Below are positions 28,678 through 37,497 of a stretch of 64,000 nt of DNA, piece by piece (position 1 is the stretch's first letter; each line of letters begins with the position of its first letter). The stretch lies in assembly GCA_025336685.1 (NCBI GenBank), contig GCA_025336685.1_4717.1; one strand, written 5' to 3'. A program made the position numbers and the translations under genes. This DNA comes from Escherichia coli (lineage in GTDB: Bacteria > Pseudomonadota > Gammaproteobacteria > Enterobacterales > Enterobacteriaceae). The notes below the pieces were generated by a model that saw only the letters and a list, made by a program, of their open reading frames with translations, was not told where the DNA came from and made no database searches.

Positions 28678-29766
28678 ATGAGCGATCTGGCAACAGACAA
28701 TCGCACAAAAGGGAGTCAGTTAGCTCCAGACAGCAACGTAAGCGTTTTCCGTATCTTTGCCTTGGGTACCGTTGCTGCCGACTTTTCCAATAAAAGTCTG
28801 GAGGAAGATCCTAACCAGGCGCTGGAGGTCTTTCTTGACGAGATGATGTCAGGTGCTGACGGGAAAGTTGAAGCGGCGGGAAGCGTGAAAGAAGTTAGTG
28901 CAACAGACGCTCAAGGGAACAGCTATACGGCAAAAGCGGCAACAACAACCAGCGTGCAGTGTTACTGGTTACCCTTTGGTAGTAATCGGATGACAGCGCC
29001 TAACTTGAGGAAAGGTCAGCGTGTGGTGGTCTGGCGTACTGCCGATGAAGAACAACTCTATTGGCAGCCCAAAGGAGGGGATAGTGAGCTGATGACCATG
29101 GAATCGGTTATCCTCACCGTCAGTGCACGTCCTAGCGCTAAGAAGGACCGTAAATCGATTTCAACGGAAGACTGCTATTACCTAATGGTTGATACCTTTC
29201 TTAAGAAAGCGGTTATCGGTACAAGCGCACAGCTTGGTGAAGTTACCCAAGTCTACATGGAACTTAATCTGGACGAGGGTTACTTACAGGTTGCGGACAG
29301 CGTCCATCAAAACCTACTATTGCTCCATTTTGTCGAGCATATGCTGCGATACCAAAACCAGGACGACAGCATTATCGACGTAACAAAAAAGAACATCACA
29401 TTCCAATGCGAGGATACGCTCAAAGCAATCGCTAAGAACGATATCCGAATGAAAGCAAAAAATATTTATACGGAATGTGAGAACTTTGAACGTACCAGCA
29501 AAACAGAAAGCGTTACGAGTCAGAATGTTTCTTTGAAATGCGATCGCTACACCGCGCAAGTATCAGGACAAACCATATTCAAATGTCCGAATACGGTATT
29601 CACCGGAGCCGTGAGTTTCACTGGTGAAGACGGAAACACGATGACATTGAACGGTAACTTCATACACGTCGCGGGATCTTGGCGTTCACCAAGCGGAACA
29701 AACGTATACACTCACGACCACGGTGGCGTTAAATCCGGTAGTAGTAGAACCGACCCGTTTCAATAA
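28678..29766 (+). CDS. Hypothetical virion protein, possibly baseplate central spike-like
   Basis: C-terminal THDHGG (HxH) resembles the iron-binding apex of gpV/gp5-type spikes; weak. Confidence 0.45.
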   Translation: MSDLATDNRTKGSQLAPDSNVSVFRIFALGTVAADFSNKSLEEDPNQALEVFLDEMMSGADGKVEAAGSVKEVSATDAQGNSYTAKAATTTSVQCYWLPFGSNRMTAPNLRKGQRVVVWRTADEEQLYWQPKGGDSELMTMESVILTVSARPSAKKDRKSISTEDCYYLMVDTFLKKAVIGTSAQLGEVTQVYMELNLDEGYLQVADSVHQNLLLLHFVEHMLRYQNQDDSIIDVTKKNITFQCEDTLKAIAKNDIRMKAKNIYTECENFERTSKTESVTSQNVSLKCDRYTAQVSGQTIFKCPNTVFTGAVSFTGEDGNTMTLNGNFIHVAGSWRSPSGTNVYTHDHGGVKSGSSRTDPFQ

Positions 29767-29789
29767 AACAAAAAAGAAATACAACATAG

Positions 29790-29824
29790 CCTCCTTCCCC
29801 GGCCTTGGTGGCTAGGGAAGGAGG
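29790..29824. terminator. Family hairpin CCTCCTTCCC-loop-GGGAAGGAGG at a convergent junction
   Basis: 10-bp perfect stem with a 15-nt loop, between 28678..29766 (+) and 29840..30277 (-). Confidence 0.5.
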
Positions 29825-29839
29825 ATTATAGTTTATTTA

Positions 29840-30277
29840 TTAACGCACTGCGTTCTGGATGATTTCTTTTCCGATCTTAACCAAAGCAGGTATCTGCACA
29901 GCGGTTGCGCCTCGATGACGAAACGCGGTCGTTAACGCGGTATCGATACTCACAGCACGTCCGTGGAGACGATCGAAGTAGACTTGCGTGATTGCAGCGG
30001 CGTAATCCTTTCGCTGTTTCTTGGTTTGGTTTAACAGCGCCGCACTATGACTAACGATGAAGTAAGCGATTAAGAAGAACGCCGCCGACCGCGAACCGGG
30101 TAGAAAACCTTGTCGCTTAGGAAGCATCTCACAATCGCGAACAGTATTATCATTCGCGAGCTCATCCATGTCAACACAGCATAATTTTGCATAGGTGTGG
30201 AGATAGTGGGTAAAAGCTGAATTTAACATGTTTCTTTCCTCGATTACAATGAGTTCAATGTATAGCTTAAACGTCAC
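29840..30277 (-). CDS. Small hypothetical protein with one hydrophobic segment (start uncertain; internal ATG at about 30229)
   Basis: ORF with hydrophobic stretch AAFFLIAYFIVSHSAALL. Confidence 0.4.
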   Translation of the reverse strand: MTFKLYIELIVIEERNMLNSAFTHYLHTYAKLCCVDMDELANDNTVRDCEMLPKRQGFLPGSRSAAFFLIAYFIVSHSAALLNQTKKQRKDYAAAITQVYFDRLHGRAVSIDTALTTAFRHRGATAVQIPALVKIGKEIIQNAVR

Positions 30278-30335
30278 AGAACGACGTGTAGCGGTTTGTT
30301 TTAATTTCTAAGGGGTTTCCTTATCTAAGATTGAA

Positions 30336-30698
30336 TTAAAGCGTTCTGAAGAGTTCTGTAGCGTTCTCGTCACGTAGACAGGCTTCGTTCAACAATTCAG
30401 CTAACAGCTTCGACCGAACTTCAACAAATGTCCTGAGGCGATGCTCCCATTCTAAACGGATGGTGTAAGTATTATCCAGGTTTTTGTAATCAACGACAGA
30501 TACCGAGCAGCGGGGTTCACGTTTGTTCACAGCACCCCAAACATCTTGAATGATCGCCTTACCTTTCTCAGTACATGTAAACGTTATAACGTAATGATTG
30601 TTCGATGCTTCAACACGAACATCAATAAATTCGTTTTGTAATGTCGAGACCTTGGTTAGACGCTCAATCGCGAGCGATAACCCAACACGTTGTTGCAT
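30336..30698 (-). CDS. Small protein, paralogue family A (1 of 3)
   Basis: Shares the hxFxC(T/S)xxGKxhh(E/Q)xx(W/Y/F) ... WE motif with 30700..31125 and 31127..31543. Confidence 0.5.
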   Translation of the reverse strand: MQQRVGLSLAIERLTKVSTLQNEFIDVRVEASNNHYVITFTCTEKGKAIIQDVWGAVNKREPRCSVSVVDYKNLDNTYTIRLEWEHRLRTFVEVRSKLLAELLNEACLRDENATELFRTL

Positions 30699-30699
30699 A

Positions 30700-31125
30700 T
30701 CAAATCCCCTCTTTCAGAATCTCATTAAGGCTGTCAGTAATCCAGTCGAACTTCGTCTTAATCATGGCTGGGTTCAATCCGTATACTTCCCACACAAGCT
30801 GCGGTTTATGTGTTCCATCGTCCAAACAAAGCACATCGATTGAGAGCATCATACCGCCCGTCAATTTCATGTTCTCACAACTACGAAGATATGCGGATTC
30901 TAGCATTACTTTCCCTAACGCGGTGCAAGCAAACGTTAACCGGGAAGAATACAGGTACGATGAAGTTTTACAGTAGGTTGCTGATATCGGTTGAATATGT
31001 TTGCGGAGTTTGGCGTCTTCACGTAAGAGCAGTAACGTGCGATGTAAACGCGTATGCTCGGTAACCGATGGGCTATATTCACCGATACGCTCTTCGGCGA
31101 CTGATTCAGGCCATTTAATTTCCAT
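30700..31125 (-). CDS. Small protein, paralogue family A (2 of 3)
   Basis: LTFACTALGKVMLESAYL ... VWEVY; abuts its neighbours with 1-2 nt gaps. Confidence 0.5.
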   Translation of the reverse strand: MEIKWPESVAEERIGEYSPSVTEHTRLHRTLLLLREDAKLRKHIQPISATYCKTSSYLYSSRLTFACTALGKVMLESAYLRSCENMKLTGGMMLSIDVLCLDDGTHKPQLVWEVYGLNPAMIKTKFDWITDSLNEILKEGI

Positions 31126-31126
31126 G

Positions 31127-31543
31127 TTATCTTCCTCGATTTTCTAGTTGAGACACAATACCATCAGCAACGTAATGCAACTGGACATTAAAATCCAACG
31201 ACGATACTGCGGAAATTGACCAGCAGGCATTTGAAGCCCAATACAACCCACCTACACCCAAAGAGACTTCCCACGTTAACTTCGTTATGACGTCTCTAGC
31301 TCGCTGTTCACTATATCGAAACGCGTTTTCCAACAATGTTTTTCCCGTTTGTGAACATAAAAAGCAAAGTTTCACATCTGTGCCGGTCTTTTCAAAATCA
31401 AACAATCGAAAATGGTCAACCAAAGAGGGGGTGGAGGCTAGGCATTGCAATGCGTCTTCCAATGCAAGATGGTCTAGCGTTTCTAAGTTTTTGCATGGCT
31501 GCTTTGGTGCGAGTGCGATTGATTTGTGGAATACAACATTCAT
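31127..31543 (-). CDS. Small protein, paralogue family A (3 of 3)
   Basis: LCFLCSQTGKTLLENAFRY ... TWEVS. Confidence 0.5.
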   Translation of the reverse strand: MNVVFHKSIALAPKQPCKNLETLDHLALEDALQCLASTPSLVDHFRLFDFEKTGTDVKLCFLCSQTGKTLLENAFRYSEQRARDVITKLTWEVSLGVGGLYWASNACWSISAVSSLDFNVQLHYVADGIVSQLENRGR

Positions 31544-31591
31544 GATTAGTTCCTCGTAGTGTTAAGTGGGGACAGATGTGTCCCCGGATAG

Positions 31592-32062
31592 TTAGATTAC
31601 ATCCCAAGCCGTGTTAGGTATGGGTTGATTACGATCGATGTAATACATCACGCTTTCTTTAAGCTTGGTTAACGCGTCAGCAACGATGTTCTCCACGGTT
31701 ATCACCTTTTCCATGTTGCCCATTGTATCCTGCCATGTAAACCAATCATTGATGTTATCGATGTATAGGGACTCATCGTCATCCGTCATGACCTGTATAT
31801 TTTCACGGCGATCGCGGGTTGTATACAACGGTGTTTGTACATTCGTTCTAACACGCGTCCAAAGCTTCTCTAGAAAGTTCGACGGTTGATTATTCGTAGC
31901 GATAATAAGCTCACTACGTACTGAATGTTCTCCTCGCTTTTCAATAGCAAATAAACCATCGTAAGTGATGTTCATCAATTTACGGAGGTCATCGTTGCTG
32001 TTCCAGTCTTTTACAACAGCAGGAAGTCGGCTATTGTAACCTTCAGGCAATCTCTCAATCAT
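31592..32062 (-). CDS. Hypothetical protein (156 aa)
   Basis: ORF in the same co-directional block. Confidence 0.45.
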   Translation of the reverse strand: MIERLPEGYNSRLPAVVKDWNSNDDLRKLMNITYDGLFAIEKRGEHSVRSELIIATNNQPSNFLEKLWTRVRTNVQTPLYTTRDRRENIQVMTDDDESLYIDNINDWFTWQDTMGNMEKVITVENIVADALTKLKESVMYYIDRNQPIPNTAWDVI

Positions 32063-32492
32063 CGGTTTCTGCTCCTATATCACGTTTGAGGTCGGCCATC
32101 AGTTTTTCATAATGGTCTTTTATCACGTTCGCAATAACGAATTGCACTTTTCTCACTAGCTGCTCATCGGCATCACTGAATGTAAAAAGCTCACACACAT
32201 CAATCGGTTGTGATGCACCACCAATACGGTAGGTTTTAGTCGATGCGCGCTCAGCAATGACGGGGAGCGGTTCCACAGCGTTCAGTGCGGTACAGATTTC
32301 CGTAACGAGTTCTTGAATGCTGCTTCTGCCTTCGATAATAACAGAACAGCGATAGACATCCACCTCGTTAAGCCGTTCAACGACATCCGCCCTGATTTTG
32401 AAATTTCCAATAAGCGAGCTCACCAAAGTGCTATGCCAGTTGTTCACCACCCCGACCAACAGCGGATGATTCTCAAGATCTCTTCTATTCAT
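32055..32492 (-). CDS. Hypothetical protein (145 aa)
   Basis: ORF overlapping the downstream start by 8 nt (coupled). Confidence 0.45.
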   Translation of the reverse strand: MNRRDLENHPLLVGVVNNWHSTLVSSLIGNFKIRADVVERLNEVDVYRCSVIIEGRSSIQELVTEICTALNAVEPLPVIAERASTKTYRIGGASQPIDVCELFTFSDADEQLVRKVQFVIANVIKDHYEKLMADLKRDIGAETDD

Positions 32493-32571
32493 CAGTTAGC
32501 TCCTAAATAGCGCTACAACTAATTTTTAATGGAAGGGAATATGTTTCCCTTCCTTGGGTTAGTTTAATGCG

Positions 32572-32847
32572 TCATGCAGCTTTACAGCTCGCGTAACATA
32601 CCAGTGTTCCGTTGTTGATTGCCTCAACAACATCCTGGGTCAGTTTGGTCGCAAGTTTATTATCCGCACTCGGTACGTAATAACCTTCTCCTGTTTCAGT
32701 GACTAGGCGATAACGTACTAATCCTACCGCACGCTCGACGCGTAGCACCTTTTCAAGTTTGTGTTTGATGATCTTCGTCAGGCTGACGGCGTCTGATGCG
32801 TAGATTGCTTTATAAACCTTGTTCTTTGCTGTCGGTTTCATCAACAT
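32572..32847 (-). CDS. Small hypothetical protein (start moved to the internal ATG to avoid overlap with 32870..33703)
   Basis: The track ORF 32572..32910 would overlap the upstream gene by 40 nt; the internal start gives MLMKPTAKNK... Confidence 0.4.
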   Translation of the reverse strand: MLMKPTAKNKVYKAIYASDAVSLTKIIKHKLEKVLRVERAVGLVRYRLVTETGEGYYVPSADNKLATKLTQDVVEAINNGTLVCYASCKAA

Positions 32848-32869
32848 GGTTTCTGTTTTCCTTGGTTTA

Positions 32870-33703
32870 TCACGATGCCAGGTCAGCGATATCCCAATGG
32901 GTATAACCAACCTCGCGGATGAGCTCTGCTGTCTCTTCGAACAGTGGGGTAGGGCTAATAACCGGTAACCATTTCCCCTCTCGGGTTATCTTGACTTCGA
33001 CGGTCTGTAAGTTCGTGTTCCAACGAACATCATAAACCAGCGCATAGCCAAGAGGATGAACAAGTCCATCTTGGTTATATGTCTCCAAAAGACCTCGTAC
33101 GTCTTCTTCGTAGGATGTTTTCGACAAGACAGCACGTACTCGTCGCAGCCTCTTCGTGATAACCTTTCCCAGCTCGATGCTCTCCCAGCCTGTCATGACG
33201 CAAGGATTACCATCGCGACGAAGAGACCGAGAAATATAAATAGAATCGTTCGTGGTAAGGTGTACCCACCCAAGATCGCAGTATGCGACAGGTCGTGGTG
33301 ATTCTCCTTCGATAACCGTCGTTTCATCCAACATCGCCACAACACCGCAGTCTGCGAACTCCGGCGATACTTCATCCAGCATCTTAATACGGCTTTCTTG
33401 GCCGGTATGGTCAGGATCGACATGCGCGTAGTAGTAATTAGGCTCTATCGCACGGTATTGCGCAATGCTTCTACGGAAGTCGGTATCCTGCATTCCCAGC
33501 GGGTGGTGATACGCAAGCTGTTGCTTTATACCATCCTTGATTACCAACAGAAGATCTTCGCGATCTGATGCGGGATCCTCCACCACGATGTATTTAACAA
33601 TCGCTTTCAGGTTCTTAACGATGCTATCTGGAAGTTTCTCAATATCCCGCGCATCATAGACACGGTTAACTACAGTGTTTACAAGGTGTTTTGATAAGCT
33701 CAT
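32870..33703 (-). CDS. Paralogue family B protein (1 of 3), function unknown
   Basis: Shares an HPLG(F/Y)-containing C-terminal domain and a (Y/W)(H/Y)PLGMQD N-terminal motif with 33781..34638. Confidence 0.55.
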   Translation of the reverse strand: MSLSKHLVNTVVNRVYDARDIEKLPDSIVKNLKAIVKYIVVEDPASDREDLLLVIKDGIKQQLAYHHPLGMQDTDFRRSIAQYRAIEPNYYYAHVDPDHTGQESRIKMLDEVSPEFADCGVVAMLDETTVIEGESPRPVAYCDLGWVHLTTNDSIYISRSLRRDGNPCVMTGWESIELGKVITKRLRRVRAVLSKTSYEEDVRGLLETYNQDGLVHPLGYALVYDVRWNTNLQTVEVKITREGKWLPVISPTPLFEETAELIREVGYTHWDIADLAS

Positions 33704-33780
33704 CGATGATCTCTCTTTGTTATTTCTACCGATAACGCGGCATAAGGGGACAATGATGTCCCCGTGTTAGAATCAACTAC

Positions 33781-34638
33781 TTACGGCTTCAAATCCGAAA
33801 TATCCCATCGTACGTAACCTGTACGCTCAATTTCATGAACCAGTTCCTCGGTTTGTTTCTCAACACCGACAACGGGAACCCAATTCAACTGTTGGGTGCG
33901 TTTACCGATGTTAACCTCGACACGCTGCAGATCATCATTCCAACAAACCCCAGCCGGTTTCACAAAACCCAGCGGGTGGATAAAACTAAGATCGTCGCTG
34001 AAATCACGAAGAACGCGCAACGTATCGATGGTTGAAGGGTTATCACAGCGAACAAGGCGTACGCTTTGCAATTTATCGTATACCGCTCGAGCTACACGTT
34101 CATCGCGCCAGTTCGTCATGAATACCGGTTTTATACCACGTTTTAGAAGATGATCGATCTGGATTGCGATGTTATCGTGAACATACATGCAACCCTGTTC
34201 GGTTTCGGTGTTGCAGCCACCGTCCTCTAACCGGTTCGGATACGTCTGATGGTCTACCGTCACAGCAACTCCTTCAGCGAGCGTGGTCAACGGAAGAAGA
34301 CGTTGTAGACTCGTTATTGGATAATCAGGCGACATCCCAGGACGGATATGCGCCATCGTACCCCAACTGTCAGGGAATCCGTGTCGGTATGTGTATTGCC
34401 TGAATACCTCATCCTGCATCCCTAACGGATACCATCGTGCAAGCCGCTGTTGCTCGCCATCCTGAATAACAAAAAGCATTTCTTTGCGATTCGGCCATCG
34501 ATGATGTTCCACGGTCAAGCCATCAACAACCGGTCTTAAGTTGACTTTGATATGCTCGGGAAGTTTATCCACCTCTTCGCGACGGTAAAATCGATCGACG
34601 ACGATGATATCAACCTTCCCGTGATTGAACCAATTCAT
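33781..34638 (-). CDS. Paralogue family B protein (2 of 3), function unknown (start moved to ATG 34638, MNWFNHG)
   Basis: WYPLGMQDEVF and IHPLGFVKPAGVCWNDDLQRVEVNI align with the other two family members. Confidence 0.55.
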   Translation of the reverse strand: MNWFNHGKVDIIVVDRFYRREEVDKLPEHIKVNLRPVVDGLTVEHHRWPNRKEMLFVIQDGEQQRLARWYPLGMQDEVFRQYTYRHGFPDSWGTMAHIRPGMSPDYPITSLQRLLPLTTLAEGVAVTVDHQTYPNRLEDGGCNTETEQGCMYVHDNIAIQIDHLLKRGIKPVFMTNWRDERVARAVYDKLQSVRLVRCDNPSTIDTLRVLRDFSDDLSFIHPLGFVKPAGVCWNDDLQRVEVNIGKRTQQLNWVPVVGVEKQTEELVHEIERTGYVRWDISDLKP

Positions 34639-34926
34639 GTTAACTCCCTCTGTGGTGCGAAAACAAAACATCTAATTGCTCCCGTTGTTCTTTTAAGTAT
34701 GCGGGAAGCTGGTCTTCCCGTACCGTTCCGATTTCCAACGTGATATACCAGCGTTGTTCGGAAGCCTGCCATTGAAAACTGCTCTGTAACCGCAGGATGC
34801 TAGGATCGTGTACCTTGCTTGCACTGTAACGGTTGAACCAATTCAGGTATCCTGCTTTCCCTTCCTCATCAGCAACGTAACGCTGCACGCTGTTCTTCCC
34901 TTTGTTTTCGTATCCTGTTGCGTGTA

Positions 34927-35709
34927 TCATGCGAACGTTTCTCCTGTAACGTGTTGTGGGCGTTGTAGCATGGTAGCATCCCATTGTACGATCCGGCTCC
35001 GGCTTACCCGCATCATGACGGATTCATCGTCAAGCCCCGGTTGCGCAACCGGCAACCAACGTTCGTTAAGCACCTTCGCTTCAACCCGTTTCTTGCGTGG
35101 GTTGTAACGCACCTCGCTAACCCAAGCGAATCCAAGCGGATGCACAACCCGTGGATAATACGTGCGAAGCAATTGATGCATCCGATCCAGTACCTCCAAG
35201 CTCGCATCGGCCATGTATGGTTTCACCATGGTAAGCTTTTTGGTGTAATACGTCCCAACGGTATGGTTCGCCCACCCGGGAAGCACGTGATGGAATCCTA
35301 CCTGTAATTGTGTATTGCCGTTCACCTTCAGCCAACCGTATTGTCCAGCCGCACGTCCCTCGTCAGTATCGATCCATGTAAGTATATCGATGAACGCACG
35401 ATCGGTGATCTCGATGCGTTCCACCCGTTCATCCAACGCACCACGTACCACGAATCCGCTCGCGCTCACCCGCGCAGGATGCTGGCTGCGATGCGCGTAC
35501 CAATTCTTGTTGCCGGTAAGCAGGTAAGGGTACGTGTGAGCACCCCGCCAAACAACCGTTCCGTTCGTCCCATCAACACAGTGTACATACATCCCATCTT
35601 GACCGTTGTTGTAGCATGCTACCTTCACGCATTCGTTTTGAACATCGCTCGGTAACGCCAGGTATTCACCTTCGGTAAACATGGTATCAAAAATGATTTC
35701 TTCGTTCAT
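34927..35709 (-). CDS. Paralogue family B protein (3 of 3), divergent N-terminus
   Basis: C-terminal VHPLGFAWVSEVRYNPRKKRVEAKV aligns with VHPLGYALVYDVRWNTNLQTVEVKI of 32870..33703. Confidence 0.55.
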   Translation of the reverse strand: MNEEIIFDTMFTEGEYLALPSDVQNECVKVACYNNGQDGMYVHCVDGTNGTVVWRGAHTYPYLLTGNKNWYAHRSQHPARVSASGFVVRGALDERVERIEITDRAFIDILTWIDTDEGRAAGQYGWLKVNGNTQLQVGFHHVLPGWANHTVGTYYTKKLTMVKPYMADASLEVLDRMHQLLRTYYPRVVHPLGFAWVSEVRYNPRKKRVEAKVLNERWLPVAQPGLDDESVMMRVSRSRIVQWDATMLQRPQHVTGETFA

Positions 35710-35789
35710 CTAAAAAGATCCTCTGTTTTTCACGTTAATTAAACAACGTATTGATTTCTATTTAACGCAATACGAACATCGTACGTATG

Positions 35790-35810
35790 CATCATGAAGG
35801 TAATATAGTC
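35790..35810 (+). promoter_or_regulatory. Conserved 21-mer CATCATGAAGGTAATATAGTC (second copy)
   Basis: Exact 21/21 identity with 8034..8054; sits at the left edge of the AT-rich region, pointing into it. Confidence 0.4.
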
Positions 35811-36415
35811 GTGAAAGGATTTGCATTAAAGCAAGGGTAATTGTTTTGTTTTAAGAAGGGATGGATGATAGCGGTATCTGAAAGGAGAAGGATTTTAAGG
35901 AAGGTCTTGATTGAAGTAAGTGAAGAGGATGATTATTTCGGTTTAAGTAAGTAGGTAAGTTATCGTGTTATTGTTTTTTGTCTTAATGGTTTTATCGTTT
36001 TATCTGTTGTTTATATAAATCAAATTAAATTATAAAGTCAGTTAAGATGTTGGTTAACAACGTTCAACTCAAAAAACCATTTGTGATACTCTTCTTCACG
36101 TTGTTCATCAGAGTATCTCGTCTATACTCATTGCATTCGTATACGACATAACCGTTATACGCTAACGCTACGCTTATAGCTTGATAACTCTAAGGATAAA
36201 AACATAAACTCGCTTCGCTCGTTTAGTTTTTCTTTTTCTTAGAGTTATCCTGTTGCTCGTCTCTAAAGGACTTCGCTCCTCCCCCGTCCCCCGAAGGGGC
36301 CGAGGTCGTGGAAATTTTACTTTCCAAATACATTTACAACATCTGTAAACTTTTACTCCAGGTACTTAATCTTATCATTAGAAATTATAAAGAGAAGAAT
36401 AAACACAAACATAAA

Positions 36416-36447
36416 CCTTCCTCCAACCCAACAGGGAAGGAGGAAGG
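36416..36447 (-). terminator. Family hairpin CCTTCCTCCAACCC-AACA-GGGAAGGAGGAAGG after the stop of 36461..37354
   Basis: 14-nt arms with one mismatch; on the minus strand it is followed by a T-rich run. Confidence 0.55.
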
Positions 36448-36460
36448 GATACAATGGTTA

Positions 36461-37354
36461 TTATTCGGAAACGTTGTAACCGAACACCGCTTTACCGTAG
36501 GTGTGAGTACCGTCAGCTAATGACAGCACCAGCACGTGGTTGTACGTAGCGTTAACACCCTTGTCGGTAGACTCGGTGGTAGCACCGTTGTAGACGAAAG
36601 TAGCCGTTTGCAGATTGGCTTTCAGCTCGGTGATGATCTCATCACCCACACCCGTCTGCTCTTTGATCAGCGTGGTCAGGTTACCCGCCAGGCTTTCATC
36701 GATCTTGGTTTCATCACTGGTAATAGCTTGTAAACCTGCGGTGTAGGTGCTGAAGTCTAACGGATAGGTTAACAGACGCGCTGAGGTCTTGGTACCATCG
36801 CCTTCATCAACGTAGGTTAACTTACCCAGGTTGGTAACCTTGATGATGTTAGCCAGATCCAGCGTGGTGTTATAAACTTTAACTTCAACGGAACCGTACC
36901 AAGCCAGCGAATCTTCTTTGGCCTGCAGGGTGATCGTCTGGATACCATGATCGTCGAAGGTAACCGGCGTAGCTAACGTATCGGCTTTGATGTCTTTCGT
37001 TTTATCTAAGAACTTCTCACCGGAAGGCGTGATCATACCGTAGCGTTGAGCTACAAGGTCAACCACGTCACCAATAGTGGTGTTAGCATTAACGTTAACG
37101 CGTACGGCGATCTTCTGGAACCACTTAGCCAGATCCAGACGATGATAGGTAACATCGCGGTCATTGAAGTAAGGTGTACCTTCACCAGGGCTAAGCGTTA
37201 AAGTTGCATCTGGAGCAGAATCGCTTTTGGATTTAAGAACGTATTTAAGGTCGGTGGGTTTGAAGTTGGCACCAGTGTCGGCGTTGAGTGTGTTAATCTC
37301 ATCAACGATAAGTTGCCAAGGTGTTTTTAAAGTAAGTGATACTTGAGCTGTCAT
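36461..37354 (-). CDS. Putative virion structural protein, paralogue family C (YxDR ... AW(T/Y)GSV motifs)
   Basis: Shares motifs with 37498..38040, 48415..49320, 50237..51088 and 51099..52046; codon usage biased towards preferred codons. Confidence 0.55.
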   Translation of the reverse strand: MTAQVSLTLKTPWQLIVDEINTLNADTGANFKPTDLKYVLKSKSDSAPDATLTLSPGEGTPYFNDRDVTYHRLDLAKWFQKIAVRVNVNANTTIGDVVDLVAQRYGMITPSGEKFLDKTKDIKADTLATPVTFDDHGIQTITLQAKEDSLAWYGSVEVKVYNTTLDLANIIKVTNLGKLTYVDEGDGTKTSARLLTYPLDFSTYTAGLQAITSDETKIDESLAGNLTTLIKEQTGVGDEIITELKANLQTATFVYNGATTESTDKGVNATYNHVLVLSLADGTHTYGKAVFGYNVSE

Positions 37355-37497
37355 TTTCTACCTCTATGGTTGTTACATCACTCTCAAAAGATGTAAGTGT
37401 TTACAGAAATCAATATATTTTATATTAAATGTGAATATTATGGAGAACGACTCCGACTCTCCTTTTCGACCATCAAAAAATCAGAGGATACATAATC

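Larger units (their letters stand above)
35710..36460. other. About 750-bp AT-rich non-coding region with internal repeats (candidate regulatory region or origin)
   Basis: No ORF of 60 aa or more except an edge-overlapping one; holds the conserved 21-mer, purine-rich AAGG/TAAGT reiterations at about 35860-35980, an 11-bp inverted repeat (ATAACTCTAAG / CTTAGAGTTAT at about 36186-36250), and a GC-rich hairpin near 36270-36300. Confidence 0.5.

Noticed and set aside
35710-36460. tRNA gene in the AT-rich gap
   Set aside because: No GTTCGAATC-type T-arm or cloverleaf-compatible segment was seen by eye; this would need tRNAscan-SE to exclude rigorously.
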